This document shows positions 34,036 to 46,943 of a DNA stretch of 64,000 nt, piece by piece (positions within the stretch are counted from its first letter, which is position 1; each line of letters opens with the position of its first letter). The position numbers and the translations under genes are program-made. Origin of the DNA: the human T2T-CHM13v2.0 reference genome, Homo sapiens; NCBI RefSeq assembly GCF_009914755.1, contig NC_060942.1, one strand, 5' to 3'. The notes under the pieces are model-generated. The model saw nothing but the letters and a program-made list of their open reading frames with translations. It searched no databases and was not told where the DNA came from.

Positions 34036-35133
34036 GTAAAAGTAAAGCTCTTCAATCAATGTTTGCTTTTCCTGTTGAGAAGCACAGATTTCTGAATTCT
34101 ACTAGTAGCATAATGAGAAACGGAAAGCTTACTTAGAACACTTTTTTTCAAACCCAAACTCCAGCTTCTCCCCTTCAATGTCCCCTCTCCGAAGTAGCCT
34201 TCCTCCTCACTCGGTGATTGGGGTGAGGTATTTGGAACATTGATGGGCACGTGCTGGGGAGTGGGGGTGATATGGAGGCCAAGATTGTTTCAGACTGAAC
34301 GCCGTCATGACTGCAGCCTCCATAGTCAGTCTGGGCTTCCCTAGCAGACACCTCCTTTACCCTAGAGGCTGAACGTTTAAATGATTCCATCAAGGACAGG
34401 TACAGATTGTGGCAGGCCCAGAGCTGTGTTCTAGGTCTCCTGATTATTGAACCAGACCATTTTTAACAGCTGTGCTGACGTGCTATGTGCACATTAAGAG
34501 ATGGAGGTGACCGTGGTACAAGAGGAAATCATGGTGAATAGGATTTTAAAAAGTGCCTGCAACACAGCAGAGCCAGCAGTGTCACCATCGATGGGATCCT
34601 TCGGGTTCCAAGAGACGGAAACCCAAGTCAGCTTCCTTAAGCAGATGAGGATGGTGGCAACAAAATAAAATCAGGCATTTTCACCATCAGGTGTTTGGGG
34701 AATCTCGAGTTACAAATGGTTGCATGGAGAGGGGTCAAATGATGTCACCCAGGTGCTTGCCGTCTTTCCTTCTTTTTTTCTGTTCTGCTTCTCTCTCATT
34801 TGTTTCTTTCTTGATAGGCTCCTCATCTATGTGATGAGTAAGATAGTTGTCATCAGTCCTCGGCTTATACTTCCAAATTTAATTACCAGCCATGGCAGAA
34901 AGGTCCCATAGACGACGCAGAGCAGCTCCGTTTTAGCACAAGTTCAGAGGGTGTGAATTCCTTACTGGCCCTGCCATCGCGACCGCAGGGCTGGGGAAGA
35001 GCACTCCTCCAAAAGAAAACTAGGCACTGTTGTAAGAAGAGATTTCATGCAGATGCCAACATAAGGCATTTTGCTATGGCACCCTTCTCTTTTACTGATT
35101 AAATGATCTCAAAAACAGTAGTAGTGCCATCTG

Positions 35134-35429
35134 TTTTTGAGACATGGTCTTGCTCTGTTGCCCAGGCTGGAGTGCAATGGCACAAAAATAGCTCACTGCA
35201 GCTGTGAACTTCTGGACTCAAGTGATCCTCCTGCCTCAGGCTTCTGAGTAGGTGGGGCAACAGGTTTACATAACCATGCCCAGCTAATTTTATTTTTATT
35301 TTCACTTTTTAGAGATGGAGCGGTCTTGCTATGTTGCCCAGGCTGGTCTTGAATTCTTGGCCTCGAGGAATCCTCTCACCTCAGCATCCTTAGTCACTGG
35401 GATTATAGGCATGAGCCACCAGGCCTGGC
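35134..35429 (-). mobile_element. Alu (AluJ)
   Basis: 'ggtcttgctctgttgcccaggctgg...atagctcactgcagc...tcttgctatgttgcccaggctgg'. Confidence 0.94.
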
Positions 35430-35994
35430 TACAATGTTTTTTTTGTAACATCACGTGAACATTCATTTTTAAAACCAGTCAAGTATATTTGGAAACCAAA
35501 TAGGCCCGGTTTAGTAGATCAGTAGCAGAGATGCTCCTGCATTGCTAAACTAAAGTTGGCTGAAAGAAAACTTGAGAAATGGTTTATTTTATTACCCACT
35601 TTCATCTAGACCACTACAGCAGATGCAATTTTATCTCAATGTATACTGCATCCAAAGAAAGCAAAAAACCAATGATAAAATCTTAGAGTTGAACATGACT
35701 TTACTCTGGTAAAGTATCCTTATGCCTTAGGTTAGGATAACAAAACCCTGATGTAGCACATTTTTTGCTCAAAGTCATTCCACTGGTTTCTCTTTGGCTG
35801 TTTGTGAAAGATGAGGCAAAACACTGCTTTCCTGATTAGAGTGATGAATGAACCCACATGATTTCTGGCCTGTGGAGCTGAGAGCCTAGCAGGAATGCCA
35901 CACATCTAGCAAGCAGCCACAAGTGCAGTGAGTACGACAAGAAGGACAAGCCTGAGAGCCATGTGGGGTCCAAGGGCAATATGACATGCCTGTG

Positions 35995-36349
35995 AGATAT
36001 GGTTTGGCTGTGTCCCCACCCAAATCTCATCTTGAATTGTAATAATCCCAGCATGTCAAGGTCAGGGCCAGGTGGAGATAATGGAATCATGGAGATGGTT
36101 TCCCCCATACTGTTCTCATGGTAGTGAATTCGTCTTATGAGATCTGATGGTTTTATAAATGGGAGTTCCCCTGCAGAAGCTCTCTTGCCTTCCTCTGTGT
36201 AAGACATGCCTTTGCTTCTCCTTTGCTTTCTGCCATGATTGTGATGCCTCCTCAGCCTATGTGGAACTGTGAGTCCACTAAACCTCTTTCCTTTATAAAT
36301 TACCCAGTCCCCGGTATGTGTTTATTAGCAGCATGAGAATAGACTAACA
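35995..36349 (+). mobile_element. THE1-family MaLR solo LTR
   Basis: gatatggtttggctgtgtccccacccaaatctc...gcagcatgagaatagactaaca. Confidence 0.93.
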
Positions 36350-36999
36350 TTGTGTTTGCAGAGGCAAGGAAACTATTCCTAAAAAAGAACGTACAGGTGT
36401 CAAGTGTATGGAGGTGGATGAGAAAAATCGCAGGCAGACAGGAAGGTGAGAAGAGAGACCAGGACGTGGTGGATCCACAGACACACAGCTCTTGAAGCAG
36501 AAGATTATTTTGCAGTCTTGCATGAAGACTGCATCCTAAGCAGGTCTTTACGGGCTGGAACACTGAAAACCAGCGGCAGAATGGCACAGCGTGAGGCTGC
36601 AGAGGACACAGGACCAAGGGTGGGAAGGGCTTGCAGGGGCTAGGTGAGCACTTTGGACTTATCTTTGTCAGTTTTTTTTAACAATATAAAATATATTTGA
36701 CTGTTTTTAAAAGGCTCAAGCCTCAGTTTTTCAATAGGCTGCACACATCTGTCTCATCTGTTGGACGTCTCTCACCAGATCAACCTGGCTTCAGCTGGCA
36801 GCACTTCATTCCATCCACAAGAAAAAGACCAACTTAATTTTGAGAAAAGAAACTCTAGGTCTGAGAACAATGAACGTTAATCTGTAATTGAAAATAAAAT
36901 TAGGGTGAATGTCTCATGTTGCTTTCTAGAGCCTTCTCCTCACACAGAGCCAGGTGTGTGATCTTCCTAAGTTAGCAGACGCTGATGCTGATGGATGCT

Positions 37000-37150
37000 G
37001 TGCACATGCACACACATGTACAAATGCACACATGCACACACGCACACATGCACACATGTGCACACATGCATACACATGTACAAATGTACACGCACACACA
37101 ATGCACACATACACACGCACATATGCACACACATGCACTCACACATGCAT
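37000..37150. repeat. Degenerate (CA)/(CACATG) alternating purine-pyrimidine repeat
   Basis: cacacatgca-type units; internal duplication of 'acacatgtacaaatg'. Confidence 0.92.
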
Positions 37151-38283
37151 CAAAAACTGCTGACAAGTCTGCTGCGATGAGGATGGGGGATCTCTCCTAG
37201 GTTTGGCATCACAGCAGTGACTAAAATCCTAAATGAGAGCAGATAGAGCTGGAATGGGATTGGAAGAATGCAGATTGGGATATCTTGAGGCAGGAGTAAG
37301 AGGTAAAGAAATCGTTGCAGCAGATCTGGTGGCAACAGCACAGAGACTGTTTTATCTTCTTAGCACTGGCGATGGCGATGGTGCCCAAGCACATCTCAGG
37401 CTGCTTGCTGCTGGGTGGACGCACGACTGATCCCATCAGTGGGCAGTGGCTGAAGCTTGAAGGAGCTGACTAATGACCAGGGGAGGCCTGTGCTCCAGAT
37501 GGCGCAGCTGCAAGAACAGCAAAGCATTTGTGGCTGAGCAACTGCGTCTCAGAGGATTGTAGATCAGAGACCTGTTTTGGCCCATGAGACTGCATTCTCT
37601 TTAAGGAGAAACCTTAAACATAAAAGTGTTGCCTTTAGGCAGCAAGAATAAGAAATAAGTATTGGGTATGTTAAATCACTGGACTGCCGCGGCTGTTTGC
37701 TAGTGCATCCTAAGCAGAGATGAGGTTGGTGGGGCTTCTATTGTGGCAGACACCGAGATACAGAGGTGGTTCACTGCTCAGCTTTACCCTAGCTCATCCT
37801 GAAACTGGAAGGGCAGTGCCATTTTAACAAAAACTCAGCATATTCATCATTGGTTCAGGGTCTCGTGGTGCGTGGTGGTAAAACTGTTATCGCTGTCTGG
37901 AAAGATGGCAACACGTATTAGCCAAGTGCCTGTAACTGAGGTCAGTGATAACTCGAGAGACAGCTTGTGCAGCAGTTGGACGTACAGCTCTAGGGCAAGA
38001 AACCACTCGGTTTTGTAAATACACTACAGGAAAGAGAAAGCATTTTCCAGTTTGCAAGCAGAAGTAAAAGGATATGGAGAAACTCCAGCAATTCTGTGCC
38101 TTTCAAATTTGGAAGCACAGGCTGTTTCTGGCCCCCAGATCATGAATATTATATTGAGAAAGATTTCTAGAGACAGACACCTGGTAAAATCTTCCAACTG
38201 ATTAACTTGTCAAGTGGCAAAGATGAGATTTAAGATGTTGCACCCAATAAATCCTATTAGATAGATGAGAAGAGTCAGATCAA

Positions 38284-38413
38284 CCCATTTATGCCTGAGA
38301 TTATAATTTTTTGAATTTTTGTGATCAGACCTTGGCAATGACCTTGAGCAGTAGGATATAAATAACTTCCACGTGCTTAGCGTTCCAATAATGGAACGCT
38401 AGGCATAAAGGGA
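38284..38413 (+). mobile_element. MER85 piggyBac-family MITE
   Basis: TIRs cccatttatgcct / aggcataaaggga; body 'cagaccttggcaatgaccttgagcagtaggatataaataac'; internal palindrome gttccaataatggaac (38382-38397). Confidence 0.93.
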
Positions 38414-38734
38414 TCAAGGCTCCCTACAGAAGCCAGACAGCCTCAAGCTGCCTTCTAGTGCAAAAGAGACAGGCGTAAAGGCTGATCCAGTCTGTAGAGC
38501 AGACCTGAGGACCTCGAGTGTGGCAGCTGGCATACAGAATCGACTTGAACAAAGGGGATAAGAAGCCTGCAAAGTTTTTAAGTGATTGCATTGCCAAAGA
38601 CAGCATGAAACAGAATTCGTCATTTCATGAGCATTCAAAATTTTAAATGACATTTGAGCCCCAATTTATTTAAATAGGAAATGGATGAGAAAACTGCATT
38701 CTCTTTAAGGAGGGGCCTTAAACTCTTTAAAAAA

Positions 38735-38969
38735 TTTTTTCTTATTTTTTAGACAGAGTCTCGCTCTGTTGTCCAGGCTGGAGTGCAGTGGCACGATCTT
38801 GACTCACTGCAACCTGTGCCTCCTAGGCTAAGATTTTTTTGTGTTTTTTTGTAGAGTCAGCATTTCACCATGTTGGGCAGGCTGGTCTCAAACTCCTGGC
38901 CTCAAGGGATTCACCCACCTTGGTTTCCCAAAGTGCTGGGATTACAGGCGTAAGCCATTGCACCTGGCC
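38735..38969 (-). mobile_element. Alu with internal deletion
   Basis: Right arm jumps from 'gcctcctaggct' directly to the linker, lacking roughly 70 bp. Confidence 0.9.
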
Positions 38970-39689
38970 AGGAATATTAAAATCTATAGGGCATTACTTT
39001 TATGCAGCAAGAATAAAAAATAAATATTGGGCGTGTTAAATCGCTGGACCACTGGGGCTGTTTGCGTCCTAAGCAGGCCTTCTGATACTGACTAGTGCGC
39101 AGTGGCACAGTGCTTATCTGAAGTGGGAAAGACTCCACTGAGAAGGTGCTTCCATAAGCGGACTGCAGAGTAGAAGAAATCTTCAGGTGATGCCCAGGCT
39201 TTATGCTTGGGGAGGAAGACGCTGTCTTCATGAGGATGTTTGAGATGAGAAGAGCAGAGCTGAGCACTTTGCTGGAGGATGAGAAGAGAGCATATCCAGT
39301 GGGGAGCTGAGTGCAGTGACCTGGGAGACATCATGTCCTCAGTGGGGATCTGGAGCCTGCTCGGCGGTATTATTTTTCATCATGATGCCAACGGTATGAA
39401 CTGAAACTACAGAAATTACAATTTAGCCATGCCACTAGATTTCTTATGGAGGAAGGTAGAATGTGCATCAGGAATTTCTTTCTTTATTGCTCTAAAATTT
39501 TATTCTATGAACGTATTACTATTTGCTTACCCATTCTACTGTTGATGGACATTTGACAACATGTGCTTGTGGCCACTCAACGAACATTTTCTTATTCCTT
39601 TAATTGTCATCTTCTAGAACGTACATGAAAGGATAGATTATTTTCACAGTTCTTGTTTTCCCTATTAGAAGGTCAAGAATGAATTGCTG

Positions 39690-40036
<347 letters not shown>

Positions 40037-41399
40037 TTACAATAGGCAGAAGAAAAAATGGTAAGGAACAGATTTAAGGTGAACATTTATTTAATAAAGA
40101 CTCACCCCCCCATATTCTCACTTTAGATTGAGTTGTGGAAATTTGCATTATTGGGCAATTCTCATAAGTTTGAAGGTAAACAAATTATGTTTTTTTAAAA
40201 AGGTTGAAATTGTCAGAATTTAAAAATGACAATAGATTTTCAGATTTCTAGATGATAACGGAAATTTAAAACAATTTGAGTTCTTCCTCACACTTTAATT
40301 AGAAGGTCTTTCATTTCTTAACCTCTTCCAATTATCCTATAATGTATGAATTTATTTTGCTTAAAAATGGAACTGTCTCCCTTTCTATTTCCATCTAGTG
40401 GGGAATTCCCCTGCACTGTGCACTGTGCGAGGTGCCAGGTATAATGCAGTGAACCACAAAACAAGAATAAACCCTGGTATTTTGAATTGTCCTTCAACCG
40501 CATCACTCCCTGTGCTGTTGCTGTGGCCTCTGAGATACCATCTGTCTCGATATTGCACTAAACAGTGCTCCTTAAAAGCTTAACTGGGTCAATTCGTGCC
40601 TCGTGGTTATTTCAAAACACCAACCTTCATGGGTCACCATCAAAGTCAGGAGACTCAGAGGATCCGTCATCAAAGTCAGGAGACTCAAAGGGATCTTGGG
40701 TTAAAATGCAAACAAGGGTTTTTGAAAAGACCTGAGGGGAAGTCTATTTTGCCAGCTTCATGGGCAATGGTTCTTTGAATATTAAATCATTGTCATTATC
40801 AACTTGCATAATCTGTTTAAAGGTCGCCTATACACGTGGGTTATGGGCACAAGAAAATGGTATAGACATTCGGACCGACCTGGGCTCAGGGCCGGCTGTA
40901 GAAGAATGAGCATCCCCACCACGCTGCTGGGACGAGGTGTCTTTGCTCTACTCAGACCGCGAGAGAAGCACAGAGGGAAGAGTGTGTGCTCATGTTAATG
41001 CACTTAAATTAATTATTTCAGAAATGGTGGAATTTATTTAAAGTGTTTCTTTTTCATGAGCCATTTAGAAACCAAGAAAATAATGGAAAATTTGTTTTGA
41101 ATATTTCTCCCCAAAACGTGTGTGTGTGTGCTGTATGAAATTTGCACTTCAGGGATTAAAGAGTAATTTCCTGTGCTCTTGTTGTTTAAAAGTCTGTACA
41201 GAAGAGCTCCATGGCCTGAACTTTTCTGGGCAATGTGCAGAGCTGTTTTTAGCTTGGACTACAAATAACAGGTGAATCCAGCAGGATTCCCAGGGGGGTG
41301 CTGATCCTGCGGAGGTATAACTCAGGACTGAAGAGAACACAGAATGCTGTAGGGACAACAGGAAATTGGAGCCCAGTCCAGTCCTAAGTTAGCACATGC

Positions 41400-41630
41400 G
41401 TGGTGCTTTTTGGCACCCTGAAGCAGCTAAAAGCATGGCTCTGAAGTCAGACTTCCTGGATGCCAGTTCCTCACCGCTCCCCAGCTGTGCCGCTGAGACT
41501 TAGATTTTCGTTATGTGCAAAACTGGGGTGATAATATTAGATCTGTAGGAGGGCTTCATGCTTTTTATACAGTCCCTAGGACAGTGACGGGCACATAATA
41601 TTGGCTCAAGATAGGTTAACTATTGTTATT
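41400..41630 (+). mobile_element. MIR fragment
   Basis: 'aaaagcatggctctgaagtcagac...aaactggggtgataat...acagtgacgggcacata'. Confidence 0.6.
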
Positions 41631-42033
41631 TAAACTGTGCCCAAACCAGAAAAACACAGTGGGGCCAAGTTTTGGTTCTCTAATTGAACACATTAGATAT
41701 CGCAGATAAACAGGACCCCAGGAAGTGTGGGAGTTTTACTCAGTAATCCTGAGGCTGCAGCAGTCATTCCATCATGGAGAGAGGGTAGGCAGATCTGAAG
41801 GTGCCAAGGTAACCTGGTGCTTCTGCAAACCTGAAAAATAGACTTGGCACAGGCTCAAGTCAATCCCCGTATTGCCTTTTCCAATACTTTGCATTCATTT
41901 GTCTGTGCAACAGTTTTTTTTTTTGTATACCTACTGTGCGCCAAAGCAGTGATGAGCCATGAACACATAAGGTGAACAGGACACCTGGATTCGTGCCCTC
42001 ACAAGACACAGGTCTGTAAACAAAGAAACAACT

Positions 42034-42042
42034 CTATCTATC

Positions 42043-42093
<51 letters not shown>

Positions 42094-42128
42094 ATCTATT
42101 ATCTATCATCTATCTATGTATCTATCTA
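42034..42128. repeat. (TCTA)n / GATA-type tetranucleotide STR
   Basis: About 12 perfect tcta units flanked by imperfect units. Confidence 0.97.
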
Positions 42129-42299
42129 GAAATAGCACTAGTATCTAGAAATAGAAATAGGCACTACAGAACATGAAGTATGAGTACAATTTTACAATGT
42201 TGCCTGTATATTATGAAGAACTGATTGAAATTAGATCATGTGTTTTTGTCTATTCTACTTGGGTTCTCAAGTGTGGTTTTTCATGAGACCAAATCTCAT

Positions 42300-43722
42300 G
42301 AGATAATTATTTGTGCTTTTTTTTCTTGCGGATTGATTTGAGTTCTCATTAAAAAGTGAGCAAATGAGATGAACAGACATTTCTTGAAAGAAGATATATA
42401 AATGGCCAAGAAACATATGAAAAAAATGCCTAATATCACCAATCATCAGAGAAATGAAAATTAAAACCACAGTGGGGGACACCACCTTCCTTTAGCCAGA
42501 ATGGCCAGTATTAAAGTAAAAAAAAAAAAAAAGATGCTGGCATGAGGTGGTGAAAAGGGAACACGTATACACTGCTGGTGGAAATGTAAATTAGTACAAC
42601 CTCCATGGAAAACAGTATGGAGATTTCTCAAAGAACTAAAAGTAGATCTAGCATTCAGTCCAGCAATCCCACCACTGGGCATCTACCCAGAGGAAAAGAA
42701 GTCACTGTGATGGTTAATACTGAGTGTCAACTTGATTGGACTGAAGGATGCAAAGGATTGTTCCTGGGTGTGTCCATGAGGGTGTTGCCAAAGGAGATTA
42801 ACATTTGACTCAGTGGACTGGGAGAGGCAGACCCACCCTCAATCTGGGTAGGCACCATCTAATCAGCTGCCAGCACAGTTAGAATAAAACAGGCAGAAGA
42901 AGGTGGGAGAAGCCAACTCGCTGAGTCTTCTGGGCCTCATCTTTCTTTCCCTGCTGGGTTCTTCCTGCCCTCCAAATTCTTCAGCTTTTGGACTCTCCGA
43001 CTTACAGCAGTGGTTTGCCAGGAGCTCTCAGACCTTCAGCCACAGACTGAATACTGCACCATAGGCTTCCCTACTTTTGAGATTTTGGGACCCGGACTGG
43101 CTTCTTTGCACCTCAGCTTGCAGAGAGCCTATTGCGGGACTTGTGATCATGTGAGTCAATTCTCCTAATAAACTCCCCTTCATATTTACATCCTACTAGT
43201 TCTGTCCCTCTAGAGAACCCTGACTAATACAGTCATGATATCAAAAAGTCACCTGCATGCATTGGTTTATTGCAGCACAATTCACAGTTGCAAAGATTTG
43301 GATCAACCTAAGTGCCCATCAACCAGAGTGGATAAAGAAAATGTATTTATACATCGTGGAATATGACTCAGCTGTAAAAAAGAATGAAATCATGTCTTTT
43401 GCAGCTACTTGGTTGGTATTGGAGGCCATTATCCTAAGTGAATTAAGTCAGAAATGGAAAACCAAATACAGCATGTTCTCACTGATAAGTGGCAGCTAAG
43501 CTATGGGCAAATAAAGGCATATGGAATGGGATAATGGACACTGGAGACTCAGAACAGGGAGGCTGAGAGGGGGTTGGAGATGAAAAATCGCTATTGGGTA
43601 CAATGTGTACTATTTGGGTGACAGGCACACTAAAAGCCTAGACTTCACTATAAAGTTCCTTCACGTAGCCAAAAACTAATTGTACCCCTAAAGCTACTGG
43701 AATTTTAAATAAATAATAAATT
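42300..43722 (+). mobile_element. L1PB/L1MA-like 3' fragment with short 5' inversion, interrupted by an MLT2A LTR
   Basis: 'gaacagacatttcttgaaagaagatata', 'gaatgaaatcatgtcttttgcagc', 'cactaaaagcctagacttcacta', A-rich end. Confidence 0.9.
42706..43231 (+). mobile_element. MLT2A-like (HERV-L) solo LTR
   Basis: tgtgatggttaatactgagtgtcaacttgattgg...ctagagaaccctgactaataca; TSD gtcac/gtcat. Confidence 0.93.
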
Positions 43723-44550
43723 AAATGACATAATTCTAAGTGGAGCATTTGGAAAGATTTTTTGATTTCCCGGCCAAAACTTTTGCTATTTCTCATATGT
43801 AAATTTCTCTCTTCCAGAGTTAACTGGGAGAAAAGCTTTTGAAAACTTGATGGTGTTATAGGGCTCCTTTGATGCCATGTATAACACTAACATAATCTCA
43901 CTGATTACATAATGTGAGGAAGGTGGAGTTTTAGGTATATTTCCACAAATGTGAGGAACCATTTTCTGCCACTCCACCTTTGGCATCCTGTTCTGTGACA
44001 GTCATCACCCAGGTCTCAGCTTGGTGATGCGGTGAGCTGAGGCCCCAATACCCTCCTGGAACTGGGGAGCAGGGTGTGGAGGAATCACTGTCACCAGAAA
44101 CCAGTTTCTTTTGAAATTGCTCCAGCTGTATCCACTCAGCATTGTTTTTGATAACAGAAAGCTTCTATCAAGACCTTTCAATCAAAAGCTGTTTTCCTGA
44201 AAAATAAAAGGATTCTCATGTGTGGCTTTGCATTAGAATAGGATGGTGATATTATTCCTATTTTTACAGTAGACGTGCTTCATTGCTGATGTTTGACTCA
44301 TTTGAAGGAACTAAATAATGACAGAAAGGTGGAGGAGCTTAGCCAAATCAGACTTCAGACATCATACAATCAAAGTGTCTTAGTTTTTAGATGAAGGAAG
44401 TAGAGCTTCCCCAGGTTAAGAGAGTTGTCTGGAGCCACAGAGGCTCCCAGGTCATCACCAAAGCTTGGATTGCTCTGTGCATTGTTTCTCCAAAGAAGAT
44501 TTTGGGTAAAAATCAGCTTAGCAAAGTCTATTAACAGAAGGAAAAATTAC

Positions 44551-45100
44551 TTTCTTCATTAACATAGTGTCCCTCAATTTGTCCACTGTTCCAACATTGG
44601 CTTCTCCAATGTAACAAAAAACTTAATAGAATTAGAATGTATATTAAATCCTTTTTAGTCTGACTATTCTTACTTTTTAGATAAATTATTAAGATATTGG
44701 TAATTATCTGCAGCATAATATATTGCACCAAATCAGGTAAATTGGATAACTTTGAAAGTAGGATTACTGTTTTAATAGTAAATTCTGACAGAAAATTTTC
44801 TAATTTTCCTTATAAAATAATGATTACCTCACAGAATAAGCTGGAGAGTTGAAAGCATTCAAAAAGCTAATTAGACAGGCTTGGTGTCCAAGACCAGGAG
44901 GAATCTTTGCTATCTAAAGCATCTAGATTGAGGGAAAACACACCCAGGCTTTCCTTTATTGAAGAGAGACCATATGACATTCTAGAGATGGCTGCATGCA
45001 AGCATTTAAAACCTTTGAGAGGATACAGCGCACCAGGGAGACTATTATTATGACTATTGGGAGGATAATACCAAGAGTTTGGAGTATGCTCCTTACCCAA
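44551..45100 (-). repeat. Left arm of long inverted repeat (550 bp)
   Basis: Reverse complement of 46944-47487; the ORF track gives the same peptide on opposite strands (44867-45109 minus, 46944-47177 plus). Confidence 0.97.
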
Positions 45101-46943
45101 GGTCCCCATAAACCAAACCTCCTAAAATCAAATAGATCAAAGAACGGGCTAGATAAAGAGTTTACTCACTTGTCTAAGCAATTTCTTCATCAATCCTCTA
45201 CCACTCCATGATCTTCATTTGATGTATTTCCCCATAGACCACAAGTGCCAGCAGCTGCACAGATACTTCTCTGTCCAGCCAATTCTATTATTTAGCATAA
45301 TTTTCACAAGATAATTTAAAGTCTGTTGTGTAACTGTAGACTTTACAGTAGAATTTCCTATAGAACTTATTATGAGGGCTACATTTCTAATCATTGCTTC
45401 TTTTACTTTAAACCATGGAAAAAGGACCTCACAAATGATGCCTTTCTAGAAGAGTGAAGGCCTCCTGGCAATGTTCTCTTTAACCCGTGATGTGGGTTAA
45501 GAGCGGTGAACCAATGTTTTGTTTTTGACTGACTATGAAGCAACATGTGTACCATTAAAGTTTCTGACCTACATTAGGCCTTCATCTTTTATCTATCAAA
45601 GTGTAAGGTTATCCAGGTATAAGGCTGGCTGCAAACTCCTTCACAAATAAAAGTATACCCCATTAGTGTACAGAACAGATGCCTTTTCCACTTCTATTGT
45701 TCATAGAGACATAAGCAAGAGAAAGCATTCAAAGATAAGAGTTTCATGATATTGAAGTCAATCTGTGAACTTGGGGAAAGCTGTTCACATCAAGGATGCC
45801 ATCTTCTTTTTGGTAGAAATTTCCCTGGTTAGTTTTACCTTAAGGGTTCCAATGGGTGTATAGTTCCAAAAGTGTGGAGGGACTCTTCTCAGTTGCAAGA
45901 CCATGAACCCAAAGCCCAAGGTCCTGAAGTTTTGTTGTAATGTGGATGGCAAGGACAATCTTTCACTGATGTTCTCAGAAGATTCAAACCATAATAAGCT
46001 TTTTTACCAGGTGAAAATATACTGTGGCATAGTAATCTACTGTTATAACATCAGCCCTCTTGCATGGGAAAACTTTTATACAACCAGAAAACATACACTG
46101 AAAATAATAATTGAATGAAATCCCTTTATAAAATGTTTAAATGGCCCACCAGGTGAGCAAATGTACTTGAAGCTTTAATTGCTTTCCCAGGAATATGGGA
46201 TCAAGCATTGGTTATAAACTATTTTAGTAATTTGTAAGTCACTACACCAATGTATTCAATTTGGATCATTGTATCTTTTCCATGATGAGTCATGGAATGC
46301 AGAACTTTTAATAATAAAAGCTTTAAGGACTCAGGAAAGACAAGGTGGCCATCCTGGTTCTCCATGAATCCATGCTTCATTAACATTAGACTTACTTCCT
46401 CTTGGATACCAGTTGTTTTTCCAAATTAGGTGCATAGCACTGACAAGAAAATTTGGTTATTTTTGTGATTTACAATAACTTAACATAATAACCATAATTA
46501 TAATTGACAGCATATACTATTTTAGAAATCCCATACAATTTTGGAACATATATTAGTATTATTCACAAAAAAAATAACCTAAAGAAGACAACATCATTTT
46601 GGCAATCCCATGTACCTAAACATATCAAATAATCCTGTTTACCTCTTTTCTGGATGTTTTCAGGGGCCCTCTGATCCGTCCAGAAAGCCAGGTGTTAGGA
46701 AAGACAGTTTTGAAACCGAAGTTTGATTTTGGAATTCCAGAGTATCATAAACTATTTATTTTGATAAAATGATGACTCAGAAATGTTAAAGAAGCAAAAA
46801 CCTTTTATAATCTTTTATAAAAAAACACATTCTACTGTTCTTACACACCTTGCATGTAAAACTGTTTCTAATAGTCTTACTTGCATGTTATAATGGCACA
46901 TTTTAACGTAAAACCTGGTAAGTTATGTTCTGATAAGGTTTGA
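44956..46943 (-). mobile_element. ERV1 (MER61/MER4-group) internal sequence with integrase C-terminal and env TM remnants
   Basis: Minus strand reads FFDLFDFRRFGLWGPWVRSILQTLGIILPIVIIIVSLVRCILSKVLNAC (env membrane-spanning region); integrase-tail-like 'WVHG...LKVKLT' text near 45830-45940; no 3' LTR follows. Confidence 0.75.

Noticed and set aside
36926-37200. Cys/His-rich ORFs resembling metal-binding proteins
   Set aside because: Translation of a CA/TG low-complexity repeat
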